NCBI GenBank assembly: GCA_012295275.1
Contig: CM022665.1
Location: 48,174,001 to 48,238,000 of the forward strand
DNA: 64,000 bases
DNA from: Chrysomallon squamiferum
Lineage: Eukaryota > Animalia > Mollusca
Direction of reading: 5' to 3'
The translations under genes and the position numbers were made by a program. Below are positions 1-12,519 of this stretch, in pieces; position 1 is the stretch's first letter, and every line of letters begins with the position of its first letter. The notes beneath the pieces are model-generated. The model had not been told where the DNA came from, made no database searches, and saw only the letters and a program-made list of their open reading frames with translations.

Positions 1-3000
1 ACTACTTGTATGAGGTGAGTAACAGTTTCTGAAGTGCATTACAAATTGGTCTTGTTCACAGACTTTAGTTTTAAACAGTACTGACTGATATAAATTTTAG
101 AATTGTAAATAAATAAGTATTTTGGCCTTGTTAACCCACTTTATTTTTACACAACACTGACTGATACAAACTGTAAGTAAATAAAAATGTTGTTTCTGAA
201 GTGCATTACAAATTGGCCTTGTTAACCCATTTTATTTTAAAACAGCACTGACAGATACAAACTGTAAGTAAATAAATATTTTAGCCTTGTTAACACACTT
301 TAGTTTTACATACTGATATATACTGTAAGTAAATAAAAATGTTGTTTAAACACACTTTATTTTTACACAGCACTGACAGATACAAACTGTAAGTAAATAA
401 GTATTTTGGTCTTGTTAACAGACTTCAGGTTTACATACTGATATAAACTGTAAGTAAATGAGTGTTTTGTTTCTGCAGGTGGCTGAGATCACGTTTAACT
501 TCTGGTATCGCCTGTCAGAAGACCTGTATCAGCGAGACCTCAAAGAGTACAACGAGATTTACCGTCCGTACATCCAGCGTCTGATTGTCGCACTCAGCCA
601 GCACTGCCAGATGGACCCCGACCACGTCAGTTGTCTCCCCTTCTTTGTCTCCATTATTTTATCATTTAGTCTCTTGTTATGAAGGATGGTGTATTGTGTG
701 TTAGAAGATAGTGTATTGTTTGTTACACAAGAATATTTTCAGTTGACTGTGTACAGTTAATATTTTATGATGGTGTATGTGTGTTGCATGTTTTAGTGTG
801 ATGCATATTTGTGTGTTTTATATTTGAGGATGTTTCAGTGTGTTTGGATATTTTATCTTTTAAGGTGTATGTATATATATTGTGTGTTTCAATGTGTTGT
901 GTATTTCAGGATGGTGTATATTGTGTGTTTCAGTGTGTTTGTATATTTCAGGATGGTTTTGTATATATTGTTTATTTCAGTGTGTTTGTCTTTCAGATGG
1001 TGTATGATAAAAGATGTTGTCTTCATATGTATTTCGGGGTGTATGTCTATATTGTGTTTTCTCTGTGTTTGTTTATTTCAGGATGGTTTATGTGTATATA
1101 CTTTTCAGTGTATATATTATGTAACTTCATCTGGTGTATGTATATATTAAAGTTCACTGTGTTTGTCTATTTCAGTTGGTGTATGTGTATGTATTGTGTA
1201 TTTCAGGATGGTTTGTAACTTTGAAACTTCATCTGGTGTATGTGTCAGTATTGTGTATTTCACATGGTGTATCTGTCTATCAGTTCAGGATGGTGTATGT
1301 ACTATATTTGTAACTTTGTAATATATTCATCTGTTTGTGTATTTCAGGATGGTGTATGTATATGTCTTTCAGTTTTGAGATATTTCTATGGAGTTTGATG
1401 AACAGGAGATTTTGAAACTTCATCTGTACTCTGAGCTGATAAAAGATGTTGTCTTCATCTCATCTACCAGTTCAGGTCAGTTTGCTGACTTTGTAACTTT
1501 GAAACTTCATCTGAACTCCATACTAAACACATCTGTCTGTTTTCTAGTCTAGTTATCACAGACTGTAATATGTGCTTGACAACATACTTGCAATAGATGA
1601 CATTTTGATGCCACTGAATTAAAAAAAAAAAATAACAAAACAATATATCTAACACCTGATATCTGTTCACAGATAGATGGTTTTATTGTCAGTTTTCCTT
1701 TTTTGTAAAAAGAGTTATTAATTAGCAGCATTAACATTTAGATTTTCATTTGTAAATGATTTTATAAATAAATTCCCTTTTTATTTATTTTTTATTTATT
1801 TTATAATAGTGTTTCTCTCTCTCTCTCTCTCTGTATCTGTATATATATATATATATATGTTAGTATTTAAAGTTATATTTTTTAAATAAAGAAGAGTTGT
1901 TTTTTTCACAGATGTTTGAAAATCTAAAGAGTCAGTCGTCTGTGACATCATGGGAGGTTTCTGAAGCGTCACTCTTCATCATGAGTGCTGTCGCCAAAAA
2001 TATCTTACCGTCAGTCTCTTATTTTTTTATTATTATACTTTTATCCTCTGTCTTCCTATAATGATTAGCTAAACTCTTTTAATCTTTAGTAAAATGTCTC
2101 TAGCTATCAGTTTATGTGATTGGGTTTTGAGGTTTTTTTTATTGTTTTTTTAATTTAACTATAAGAATTGTCTTTAAATTAAAAACCAGTGAGTAATTTT
2201 ACCTTCACCTTTTATTAGCAAAGTTTCTTCTCCCTAAACCAATGAATGAAAAAAATTTCATGGATATTAATAAATATTTCTCTGTGTATATTAACCCATT
2301 AAAAAAAATTTAAAAATTAAAAATAACACAATCACTTTTGAATCGATGTTGAACAACAACACAAGTGACACTTGACCATTGATTATTTGTCTTGAAATAT
2401 ACAAAAATAGCTAGACTTTGTTTTGTTTTTTCAACACATGTAATATTAATCTTTGTTTTAACAATAAAAGGTGACTAATCTTTTTCTTGCAGAGATGAAA
2501 ATGAGATTGTACCCCAGGTACTGGAGGCCATATTGACTCTGCCGGATACAGCTCACATTGCAGTGAGGTACACTAGTATCCACCTGATTGGTGAGCTCTG
2601 TGAGTGGATCGAACGCCACCCTCAGTTCTTAGGTAATTAACTAGATAATTAACAGTTTATAGATAACATAGGTCAGTGTTTAATTAACAGTTTACAAATA
2701 ACATAGGTCAGTGTTTAATTAACAGTTTACAATTAACAGTTTAATCATAGAAGGTGGTGGTTATAATTTCATATTAAAAAGTCTGTAACAGAAATATATA
2801 TTCTGTGTATATGTGTGTGGTGGGGGAGTTGTGTGTTTGTCTATGTACACATACTACATAAATATATAAATACATACATACCTACATACATACGTACATA
2901 TATACATCCCTACCCCCTTACACATATACACATATACACATATACACACCTACTAAAACACACGTGCAAACAGATACATAACAGTTTATTTACAACATAC

Positions 3001-6000
3001 ATAACTTTTATATATCAGGGAGATTTGTTTATTTATTTTCATTATTAAATGTGTGATGATTTCTATGTCTGGGAGATGATTTACAGCATGTTATATGTAA
3101 ATTTATATATCTGATATAGTTTTACATGGTAGACCAGAGTCTGTACAGACTGTGTCATGTTGTGTTACAGACTGTGTTGTTACAGATATGTGTTGTGTTG
3201 TCTTACAGATCCGGTGTTACAGTTTCTGTTGATCATTTGATGTGATTTAATGATGTAGATCAGAGTCTGTACAAACTGTGTTGTGTTGTGTTGTTTAATC
3301 AGTGTTGTGTTGTTGTTTACAGACTGTTACAGTTTTGTGTTGTGTTACAGATCTGGTGTTGTGTTGTTTGTTGTATTAAAGATGTGTTGTGTTGTGTTAC
3401 AGATCTGGTGTTATGTTGTTTAATCAATGGTGTTTGGTGTTACAGTGTTGTGTTACAGTGTCATGTTGTGTTACAGATCCGGTGTTACAGTTTCTGCTGA
3501 ATGGACTACAACATGCTGCTCTCGCATCGGCGGCTGCCAACGCACTGCAGAACATCTCCACCCAGTGCAGAGATCACATGACTGAGCACTTCGAGGGCCT
3601 CGTCCACATCGTCCAGGCAATGGACACCTTCAACCTGTCAGGTGATGCTGCCATTGGTCTGCTGAAAGGTAAGTCGTTACAGAGAAAACTTGTTTTTAGT
3701 TTAAAAGTAGATAATATTTTAAAACTTTAATCAGATTGTTGTTGTTTTATGTTGTTTCGGGTCCACTGAGCCAAAAAGAAAAAGATGAACATGATAGTTC
3801 AAGTATTACTGGTTATAGAGTTCATTGTTATTTACTGTGTTATTCAGTATTATTTTCTGTGTTATTAAGTGTTATTTACTGTTGCTCAGTGTTATTTATT
3901 ATGTTAGTATTATTTCCTATTATATTCAGTCCTACATACTGTTATTCAGAGTTATTTAGTGTTATTTTCTGTGTTATTCTTTGTGTTATTCTCTTTGTTA
4001 TTTTCTGTGTTATTATCAGTGTTATCTACTGTGTTATTTTCTGTGTTATTCAGGTACTGCTACAATTCTTGGTCGACTTCCAAACACAAAAGTAGCTGAA
4101 GGCCTCACTCAACTTTGTTCTCCACAGCTCGCACCACTTAATAAGGTTTGTTGTGTCACCACTGTAATCAACTCGTATTGCTCTGCTTGACAAGGTTTAT
4201 TATGTTATCACTGTAATACAAATATCTATTACTCCATGTCTATAACAGCTTAGTAAGGTTTGTTGTGTCATCACCATAATCAAAGAACTATTACCATATA
4301 TATCTATAGCTAGTACTACTTAACAAGGTTTGTTGTGTCATTAGTATATTATAAGTAACTATCACTATTTATCCAGAAAGTTTGCACCACTTAACAAGGT
4401 TTGTTGTGACATCACTACAATACAAATAACTATTATTTTTTCACTTTCATCATATGTAACTTGTTTTTTTTTTATATATTCTGTTGTATTTGTTGTTTTC
4501 CCTGTAATGGTTTATTTGTGATGCTAATTAATAACAAAAAGTGTCAGTACATTATATATAATAATGATATGGATGTACTGAAAGTTTATAAATATTTTAT
4601 ATATAATAATAACAAAACAGATTTATAAAAAGTTTAGAACTTTTTTATATAATAATAATAATAATAATAGAGATGTATTAAAAGTTGATAAACATTTTAT
4701 GAAAATATGGTAAAGATTTATAAAAGGTTTTATTTAACTATAATACAGATATATTAAAAGTTAATAAATATTGATATATAATAATATTTACAGAGATGTG
4801 TTAATATTTGATAATTTTGTTTTTTTGTTTCAGTTGTTACAAACAGAAGATAAGGAACCACTGAAACATGGATCAGAAATGGATCCCACAAAATGGCTGG
4901 ATCGTCTGGCTGCAATATTCAGGTAGTGTTACTTTATTTTGACTTTTTTTACCTATTTTTACTTAAATGTGTTGTCTTTAATCATCAGTCCTGGGATTCC
5001 TAGCTGCTTTGAGATTCTGCATTCAAATGATTTAAGCAAAACTGCAGACTCCACAAAGAAATGATGTTGAATTCCTTGTTTATTATAAGAATAGAATTTT
5101 ATATATTTATATATATATATATATTTGTACTAGTACGAATTTTAAATGTGTTTAAAAACATGGACAACATTGTTAAGTTACTAGACTAACATCTGTGTGA
5201 AGCAGTGAGAACAGTATAAAGAAATGTGTGTTTGTAAGTTAATAAATACGGGTATTTTTGTTTTTGTCAGTGTGAACAGTATAAAGAAATGTGTGTTTGT
5301 AAGTTAATAAATACGGGTATTTTTGTTTTTGTCAGTGTGAACAGTATAAAGAAATGTGTGTGTTTAAATATGAGTATTTTTGTTTTTGTCAGTGTGAACA
5401 GTATAAAGAAATGTGTGTGTGAGTTAATTTTTAGTTTTTTTCAGTGTGAACAGTATAAAGAAATGTGTGTGTGAGTTAATAAATATGAGTATTTTTGTTT
5501 TTGTCAGTGTGAACAGTATAAAGAAATGTGTGTTTGTAAGTTAATAAATATGAGTATTTTTGTTTTTGTCAGTGTGAACAGTATAAAGAAATGTGTGTGT
5601 GAGTTAAATATGAGTATTTTTGTTTTTGTCAGTTTTTTGTTTTTATTTTTTTTTTTATCAGTGAGAACAGTATAAAGAAATGTGTGTGTGAGTTAATAAA
5701 TATGAGTATTTTTGTTTTTATCAGTGAGAACAGTATAAAGAAATGTGTGTGTGAGTTAATAAATGTTAGTATTTTTGTTTTTGTCAGTGAGAACAGTATA
5801 AAGAAATGTGTGTGTGTGAATTAAATATGAGTATTTTTGTTTTGTCAGGTACACAAATCCAATGGTCACAAATGGACAGGTACATCCATGTCAACAAGTC
5901 ATACAGGAGGTGAGAAATAATAAAAATTAAAATTAAAATTATGTGTTTTTCTAGCAGTCGCACCAAATTCTTATAGTCTGTGTCTCTCACTAACTGACAG

Positions 6001-9000
6001 TTTTCTGATAAAACCTGCTGTTTCACTGAGCTGTTTGTAGTGATCAGTTCTAGTCTGAAATTAGAAACAAAATGTATTTATTTCAAAACTAATAAAAGAG
6101 ATAAATTATACATTGTCTTTTATATGTTTTTGAACTGATTTTCAGATATGGCCGGTGTTGTCACAGGCATGCAGCAAGTATCAGGCCGATGTGCGCATTG
6201 TAGAGCGATGTTGCAGATGTATTCGGTTTGCTGTGAGATGTCTTGGGAAGAATTCAGCCACTTTGTTAACTCCACTTGTAACTCAGATGTCTTGGGAAGA
6301 ATTTTACTTTTAAATGTTAATTTTTCATCTTTCTCCACTTGTAACTCAGGTGTGTGACTGTCTCTTTATATCTTTACTTTTAAATTCTTATTTATAACAG
6401 ACGTTTTTATTTCTCATATTTTTCTTTATATTTATTTTTATTAAATAAGTTGTCTTTTGAATTTCAGAAGTTTTATTTTAATTTCTTAATTTTTTTAAAT
6501 ATTACCAGTTGTATTTGAATTTTCTCATTGTTAAATTTCACAAGGTGTATTTTAATTTTCATTTTTAAATTAGACAAATTGTATTTTAATTTTCATTTTT
6601 AAATTTCAGAAGTTGTATTTATATTTCTATATTTTTAAATTTTACCAGTTGTGTTTTAACTTTTACATTTTTAAATTTGACAAGTAGTATTTTAATTTTC
6701 ACTTTTTTAAGATTTGTAATTTTTATTTTTAAATTTCACAGTTTATATTGTAGATATTTTAAAGCTGTATTTCTGTTTCAGATGGTCAGTCTGTACCAGG
6801 CTCATCAACACTCGTGTTTTCTCTACCTGGGCAGTATCCTAGTGGACGAGTACGGCTCAGAGCAAAGCTGTGTTCCTGGTCTACTGGACATGTTACAGGT
6901 ATGTTACATTTATAATGTTACAGGTATGTTACATATAATATTATATAATTATCTTTTGTTTTCTACAGTTGTGTTCTAACTGATGGTCTGATATTGTGAG
7001 AGTATTATAAGAGTGTTCAGTGTATTTTCTGAATGTTTGTTTTCTACAGTTGTGTTCTAACTGATGGTGATATTGTGAGAGTATTTTAAGAGTGTTCAGT
7101 GTATTTTCTGAATGTTTGTTTTCTACAGTTGTGTTCTAACTGATGGTGTGATGTTGTGAGAGTATTTTAAGAGTGTTCAGTGTATTTTCTGACTGTTTGT
7201 TTTCTACAGTTGTGTTCTAACTGATGGTGTGATATTGTGAGAGTATTTTAAGAGGTTTCAGTGTATACTCTGAATGTTTGTTTTCTACAGTTGTGTTCTA
7301 ACTGATGGTGTGATGTTGTGAGAGTATTTTAAGAGTGTTCAGTGTATTTTCTGACTGTTTGTTTTATCCAGGCTTTCTGTGGTCCGACGTTCAAGATTCT
7401 AGAAGAACACAACGGTTTACGAAACCACCCAGACACAGTCGATGACCTGTTCAGACTCTCTCTGAGGTGAGGTGTTCATCCAGTCACTTTGTTAACTCAG
7501 TCCTAGAACCCTGTACACAACTTTACTGTTGTAATATTTAATTCAGTCATAGAACCCTGTACACAGTTTTTCTGTTGTAATATTTATTAACATTATCTAA
7601 GAATCCTGTACACAGATTTTTCTATTGTAATATTTATTAACATTATCTAAGAATCACGTGTACAATATTTGTATTGTAATATTTATTAATACGATCACCT
7701 TTATACAATTTTTCAACTGAATATTTGCCAATGTTTGATTACAACTTCATTATAAATATTATTACAAGTTAAGATCATCTAACTGCATAGGAAATATTTG
7801 TCACTATGTTTCTAATGTATGTTTGTATATATAATATATATGTATATAATTGTGTGTGTGTGTGTGTTTACATGTTTATCTACCTGTGTGTCTCTCTGTC
7901 TGTATATCTTTCTATCTTTCTGTCTATATGCACACATACACACACACACACACAAACACTGTTTCTCTTGGTTTTAAAGATGACATCGCTTATAAAAACT
8001 GTCCGATTATCTCTGTAGAATCATTCTGTTACTGCTAGTTATAAATTGTGATATTCATCATCACCATCATCTTGCTGTAACATTGCATCTGTTTGTGACA
8101 GGTTCATACAGAGGTCGACAGTGCCGTTTCTGCAGAGTAACATGGCGAAGCCGCTGCTGTGCTGCGCTATAGCTGCGTGTTCACTGGACCACAAGGACGC
8201 CAACGCGTCGGTGATGAAGTTCCTCACCGACTTCATTAAATGTGCCCGAGACAAAGAGGTGAACATCAAAAAACTGTTTTCTCTCTTAAAATTATAAATA
8301 TTTTCTCTTCAAAAGATGTGTTACAATTATCACTAAAAAAAATATTTTTGTTATATAACATGATTCAAATGTTTTTTTTCTGAATATAATTTTATTTTTA
8401 TTTTTTTAAATATAGGATCGTGAGGACTTTGAGGTGAGGAAGTCACTGGTCATAGCTCTGCTGAATGACCACGGTCAGCAGCTGGTTCACGCCTCAGTGA
8501 ACGCGTGCATCTTCTGTCTCCCGTCTTACATGATTCCTGACGTTGCTGAGGTCTTGTACGAGCTCATGTTGATAGACAGGCCTGTGAGTAGTGTTATAGT
8601 GTGTTATCTCAAGTTGATAGACAGGCCTGTGAGTAGTGTTTTAATGTGTTATCTCATGTTGATAGACAGGCCTGTGAGTAGTGGTTCAATGTGTTATCTC
8701 ATGTTGATAGACAGGCCTGTGAGTAGTGTTATAATGTTATCTCATGTTGATAGACAGGCCTGTGAGTAGTGTTTTAATGTGTTATCTCATGTTGATAGAC
8801 AGGCCTGTGAGTAGTGTTTTAATGTGTTATCTCATGTTGATAGACAGGCCTGTGAGTAGTGTTTTAATGTGTTATCTCATGTTGATAGACAGGCCTGTGA
8901 GTAGTGTTTTAATGTGTTATCTCATGTTGATAGACAGGCCTGCGAGTAGTGTTTTAACGTGTTATCTCATGTTGATAGACAGGCCTGTGAGTAGTGTTAT

Positions 9001-10592
9001 GTTATCTCATGTTGATAGACAGGCCTGTGAGTAGTGTTATAATGTTATCTCATGTTGATTGACAGGCCTGTGAGTAGTGTTATAATGTTATCTCATGTTG
9101 ATAGACAGACCTGTGAGTAGTGTTTTAATGTGTTATCTCATCTTATAACAGTGTATTTTGATTGTGATAATCACAGAGTTATACTGACCCTGTTTATTCT
9201 GCACAGACGTGTGTAATGACAGTTTATAAAATTATGTTTTCAGACATTCTGTGTGTGGTTGGAGACGACGTTGAAAGCTCTTCCTACTGAAAGCAGTGGT
9301 GGTGCTGTGACAGCAACACACAAACAACTGACAGACGTACACAAAACTATAACCAGGTATACTGCTACAGTGAACATGTAATACTACACTATATAACACA
9401 CTACATGTAATACTATATAACACAGTGTATATGTAATACTACACTATGTAACACAGTGTACATGTAATACTACACTATATAACACAGGGTATATATAATA
9501 CTACAATATATAACACGGTATATGTTATACTACACTATATAACACAGGGTACATGTAATACTACACTATATAACACAGTGTACATGTAATACTACACTAT
9601 ATAACACGGGGTATATGTAATACTACACTATATTACACAGTGTACATGTAATACTACACTATATAACACGGGGTATATGTTATACTACACTATATAACAC
9701 AGGGTACATGTAATACTACACTATATAACACAGTGTACATGTAATACTACACTATATAACACGGGGTCTTCACTATATAACACAGGGTACATGTGGTGGT
9801 GCTGTGTACATGCAACACACAAACAACTGACATATGTTATACTACACTATATAACACAGGGTACATGTAATACTACACTATATAACACAGTGTACATGTA
9901 ATACTACACTATATAACACAGTGTACATGTAATACTACACTATATAACACAGTGTACATGTAATACTACACTATATAACACAGTGTACATGTAATACTAC
10001 ACTATATAACACAGGGTACATGTAATACTACACTATATAACACAGTGTACATGTAATACTACACTATATAACACAGTGTACATGTAATACTACACTATAT
10101 AACACGGGGTAGATGTTATACTACACTATATAACACAGGGTACATGTAATACTACACTATATAACACAGTGTACATGTAATACTACACTATATAACACAG
10201 TGTACATGTAATACTACACTATATAACACAGGGTACACACTATATAACACGGGTATATGTAATACTACACTATATAACACAGTGTACATGTAATACTACA
10301 CTATATTACACAGTGTACATGTTATACTACACTATATTACACAGGGTACATGTAATACTACACTATATAACACGGGGTATATGTAATACTACACTATATA
10401 ACACAGGGTACATGTAATACTACACTATATAACACTGTACATGTAATGCTACACTATATAACACAGGGTACATGTAATACTACACTATATAACACTGGGT
10501 ATGTTGTTAATATTAAAAGTTTTGTTTTCAGTGCGGAGGAAATGAAGACCGTGTCTCATGCACTACGAGAATTTTCACGTCTCTACAGATAA
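1..10592 (+). CDS. TNPO3: Transportin-3 (importin-beta family SR-protein import receptor), 5'-truncated by the window; multi-exon
   Basis: Exons joined at GT-AG with consistent phase: <1-14, 479-625, [scrambled ~1348-1475], 1912-2009, 2493-2632, 3477-3668, 4054-4145, 4834-4922, 5849-5909, 6146-6286 (donor displaced), 6782-6898, 7372-7466, 8102-8258, 8416-8583, 9244-9356, 10532-10592. Translation [14 protein letters not shown]...[16 protein letters not shown]...[12 protein letters not shown]...[13 protein letters not shown]...[10 protein letters not shown] matches vertebrate TNPO3 motifs as I recall them ([35 protein letters not shown]). Confidence 0.96.
479..625 (+). CDS. TNPO3: TNPO3 exon
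   Basis: ttctgcag|[49 protein letters not shown]|gtcagt. Confidence 0.93.
1348..1475 (+). other. TNPO3: Scrambled TNPO3 exon (expected [28 protein letters not shown])
   Basis: Acceptor tttcag|GATGGTGTA (DGV) and the fragments DEQ and [10 protein letters not shown] are present but interrupted by repeat-like sequence; no intact copy in the window. Confidence 0.65.
1912..2009 (+). CDS. TNPO3: TNPO3 exon
   Basis: cacag|[33 protein letters not shown]|gtcagt. Confidence 0.9.
2493..2632 (+). CDS. TNPO3: TNPO3 exon
   Basis: ttgcag|[46 protein letters not shown]|gtaatt. Confidence 0.92.
3477..3668 (+). CDS. TNPO3: TNPO3 exon
   Basis: ttacag|[35 protein letters not shown]...AAIGLLK|gtaagt. Confidence 0.93.
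4054..4145 (+). CDS. TNPO3: TNPO3 exon
   Basis: ttcag|[31 protein letters not shown]|gtttgt. Confidence 0.9.
4834..4922 (+). CDS. TNPO3: TNPO3 exon
   Basis: tttcag|[30 protein letters not shown]|gtagtg. Confidence 0.9.
5205..5848 (+). repeat. ~55-60 bp minisatellite ending at a TNPO3 acceptor
   Basis: Unit gtcagtgtgaacagtataaagaaatgtgtg...tatgagtatttttgtttt; the last unit supplies the real tttgtcag acceptor. Confidence 0.9.
5849..5909 (+). CDS. TNPO3: TNPO3 exon
   Basis: tgtcag|[20 protein letters not shown]|gtgaga. Confidence 0.9.
6146..6286 (+). CDS. TNPO3: TNPO3 exon (donor displaced by a local duplication)
   Basis: ttcag|[47 protein letters not shown], followed by AT; the GT donor appears only after a second copy of the exon end at 6349/6350. 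Confidence 0.85.
6782..6898 (+). CDS. TNPO3: TNPO3 exon
   Basis: tttcag|[39 protein letters not shown]|gtatgt. Confidence 0.94.
6955..7371 (+). repeat. ~80 bp minisatellite (5 copies) ending at a TNPO3 acceptor
   Basis: Unit ttttctacagttgtgttctaactgatggtg...gtgttcagtgtattttctga.tgtttg. Confidence 0.9.
7372..7466 (+). CDS. TNPO3: TNPO3 exon
   Basis: atccag|[32 protein letters not shown]|gtgagg. Confidence 0.93.
8102..8258 (+). CDS. TNPO3: TNPO3 exon
   Basis: gacag|[52 protein letters not shown]|gtgaac. Confidence 0.92.
8416..8583 (+). CDS. TNPO3: TNPO3 exon
   Basis: tatag|[56 protein letters not shown]|gtgagt. Confidence 0.93.
8563..9140 (+). repeat. 43-45 bp minisatellite made of exon end plus donor
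   Basis: ctcatgttgatagacaggcct|gtgagtagtgttttaatgtgttat, 13 copies including the exonic one. Confidence 0.95.
9244..9356 (+). CDS. TNPO3: TNPO3 exon
   Basis: ttcag|[37 protein letters not shown]|gtatac. Confidence 0.92.
9365..10500 (+). repeat. 31 bp minisatellite filling the last TNPO3 intron
   Basis: Unit gtacatgtaatactacactatataacacagt. Confidence 0.95.
10532..10592 (+). CDS. TNPO3: TNPO3 last coding exon
   Basis: tttcag|[23 protein letters not shown]. Confidence 0.92.
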
Positions 10593-12519
10593 CTACGTGC
10601 ATGATGTCGTCACTTCAACTCTCTCTCTGCTTTGTTGTGCTGTCCTGGAAGGTTTGTGAAGCTTTTCATCACAGCATCCTTATTGTCACGATAATCATCA
10701 TCATCATCATCAGCAACAAAACAACAACAACAACAACAACAACCCCACAACATCAGCAGTGCTGTTGTCACTGCGAGGTGGACTGTGTTGTGCTGCTAGT
10801 CGTGTAAGCTTACTGCAGGTGTTTTTAATTCAGTGACACGTCTCTCTCTCTCTCAGACAGCTGTTTCTATGCATGTTGCCGCCACTGGTCGCTTCTCTGT
10901 GATCTGTTACCACGACAACAGCTAGACCTGTGACTCTGACTGGAAGGTGAATGTATGAACAAGTTTTTTATGTGTGATATACGGTTTACGTGACAACAGT
11001 ACACTGCCATTGGTTGGTTTCTGCGGATGTTTGTTACTATGACAACCTGACCGGTTTCTTGGGAGCTGTTTGTGATTGCTTGGACATGACGGTTACCATG
11101 ACAACGAAAGTTGTGTGTGGATCTGTCTCTGTGGACAGCAGTTGTTTGAAATGCATGTAGTTCAGTCCGACGTAACCAGAGTGTGTGTTTGTAACACACA
11201 GCTCCGACTGTAACCACTGTTACTTCTACAAACAGACGATGCCTTCATCATGTAACATTATCAACAACAGCAACAACAGCCTGTGATCACTGTGTGTAAT
11301 CAAAGATTAGTTAGTTAACACGTGACCCTAGAATTTTCTAAGTTTTTATTTTTGTGTTAGTGTTCTTACTTAGCTTCTCCCCTCTTAGTTTTTCTTCATT
11401 TTGTTATTATGTATATTTTATATATATATATATATATTTTTTTTTTTTAACACAATTCTGATTTCTCCAGCGACAACAAATTTCAACAAACACTGCAGTG
11501 AAATGGTGTTTTCAAGTATCTGTGTAGTAAGTTACTGTTACTTTGATAAAACAACACTAACTTAGAAGAACAAAATCTACAGAAATGTAGAGAAAATTGA
11601 TTTCTGTATGTTTAGATAAACTGAGATGAAACAGACTAAAGAGACTGAAATATTAAAAAAAAAAAAATATTGTTCTCTTCCTTGTAAAAATATCTTGTTT
11701 TGTTAACAGTTAAACAAACTGTCTCTGGTAGAGTTGTTTTGTTTTGTTAGGTGACTGCTAGATATCTGTCTCACAGAAAACATCTCCCTCGAAGAAAAAA
11801 ACAACTGTGGCTTAACCAACAAAGTATTGATAAAAACACAAATACCTCACAGCTAGAACCTATTTACAGCCTTTGATTGAAAAGAAAAAGAAAAAGAATC
11901 TCTTTATCTGAATCATTAAAACTATCAAAGAAAGTTTCAAACCAGATCAGTTATTACTTTTATGTATTACTTATACAGTATGTGTTATTAGAGTGTATTC
12001 ACACACAGTGTTAAATATCCATGTTATTGCCTACTGATTGTGTGTTTATTCAGTTAAAGTATATTAGCTGTGTATTTGCACACAGAAAACATCTAACCTG
12101 CAAGTACTCAGTATTTCAATGTCTTGTTTTTTTAATTAATATGAGGGTTTTTTAACAAGTGTATATGAAATAAATTCTGTAAAATAAAAATTGTGTATAA
12201 AGGTTCTACTCTAGTTAGTTGATACATCAACTTCAGCTTATTATAGTTTGAATTAAATCAGTTCAGTCAAAAACCACAACAGGAATAATCACAATAATAA
12301 TAACCACCACCACCACAACAACAACAACAACAACAACATATTACACTGCTGTTAGTTAGTCGGTACATCAACAGAGCTAAAAGTACTGAACAAATAAGTT
12401 TAGAAAAAGAAAAAAATATGTTGTACTCCTTGTAGTTGTTGAAAACAGATAAAACTTTTGTAAACGTCTTATTAACTATGAATTACATGTTCTACCTACT
12501 TAAAAATACTTTATCACAT

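Noticed and set aside
3050-3120. Possible C/D box snoRNA (GTGATGA ... CTGA) in a TNPO3 intron
   Set aside because: Only a weak G-U-rich terminal stem, no recognisable rRNA guide, and far from the usual position near the acceptor; would need Infernal/snoscan support.
8744-9034. Stand-alone repeat-protein ORF
   Set aside because: It is the intronic donor-copy array of TNPO3, not an independent gene.
10867-11217. 116 aa antisense ORF in the TNPO3 3'UTR
   Set aside because: No recognisable domain or splice context; explained by locally higher GC.
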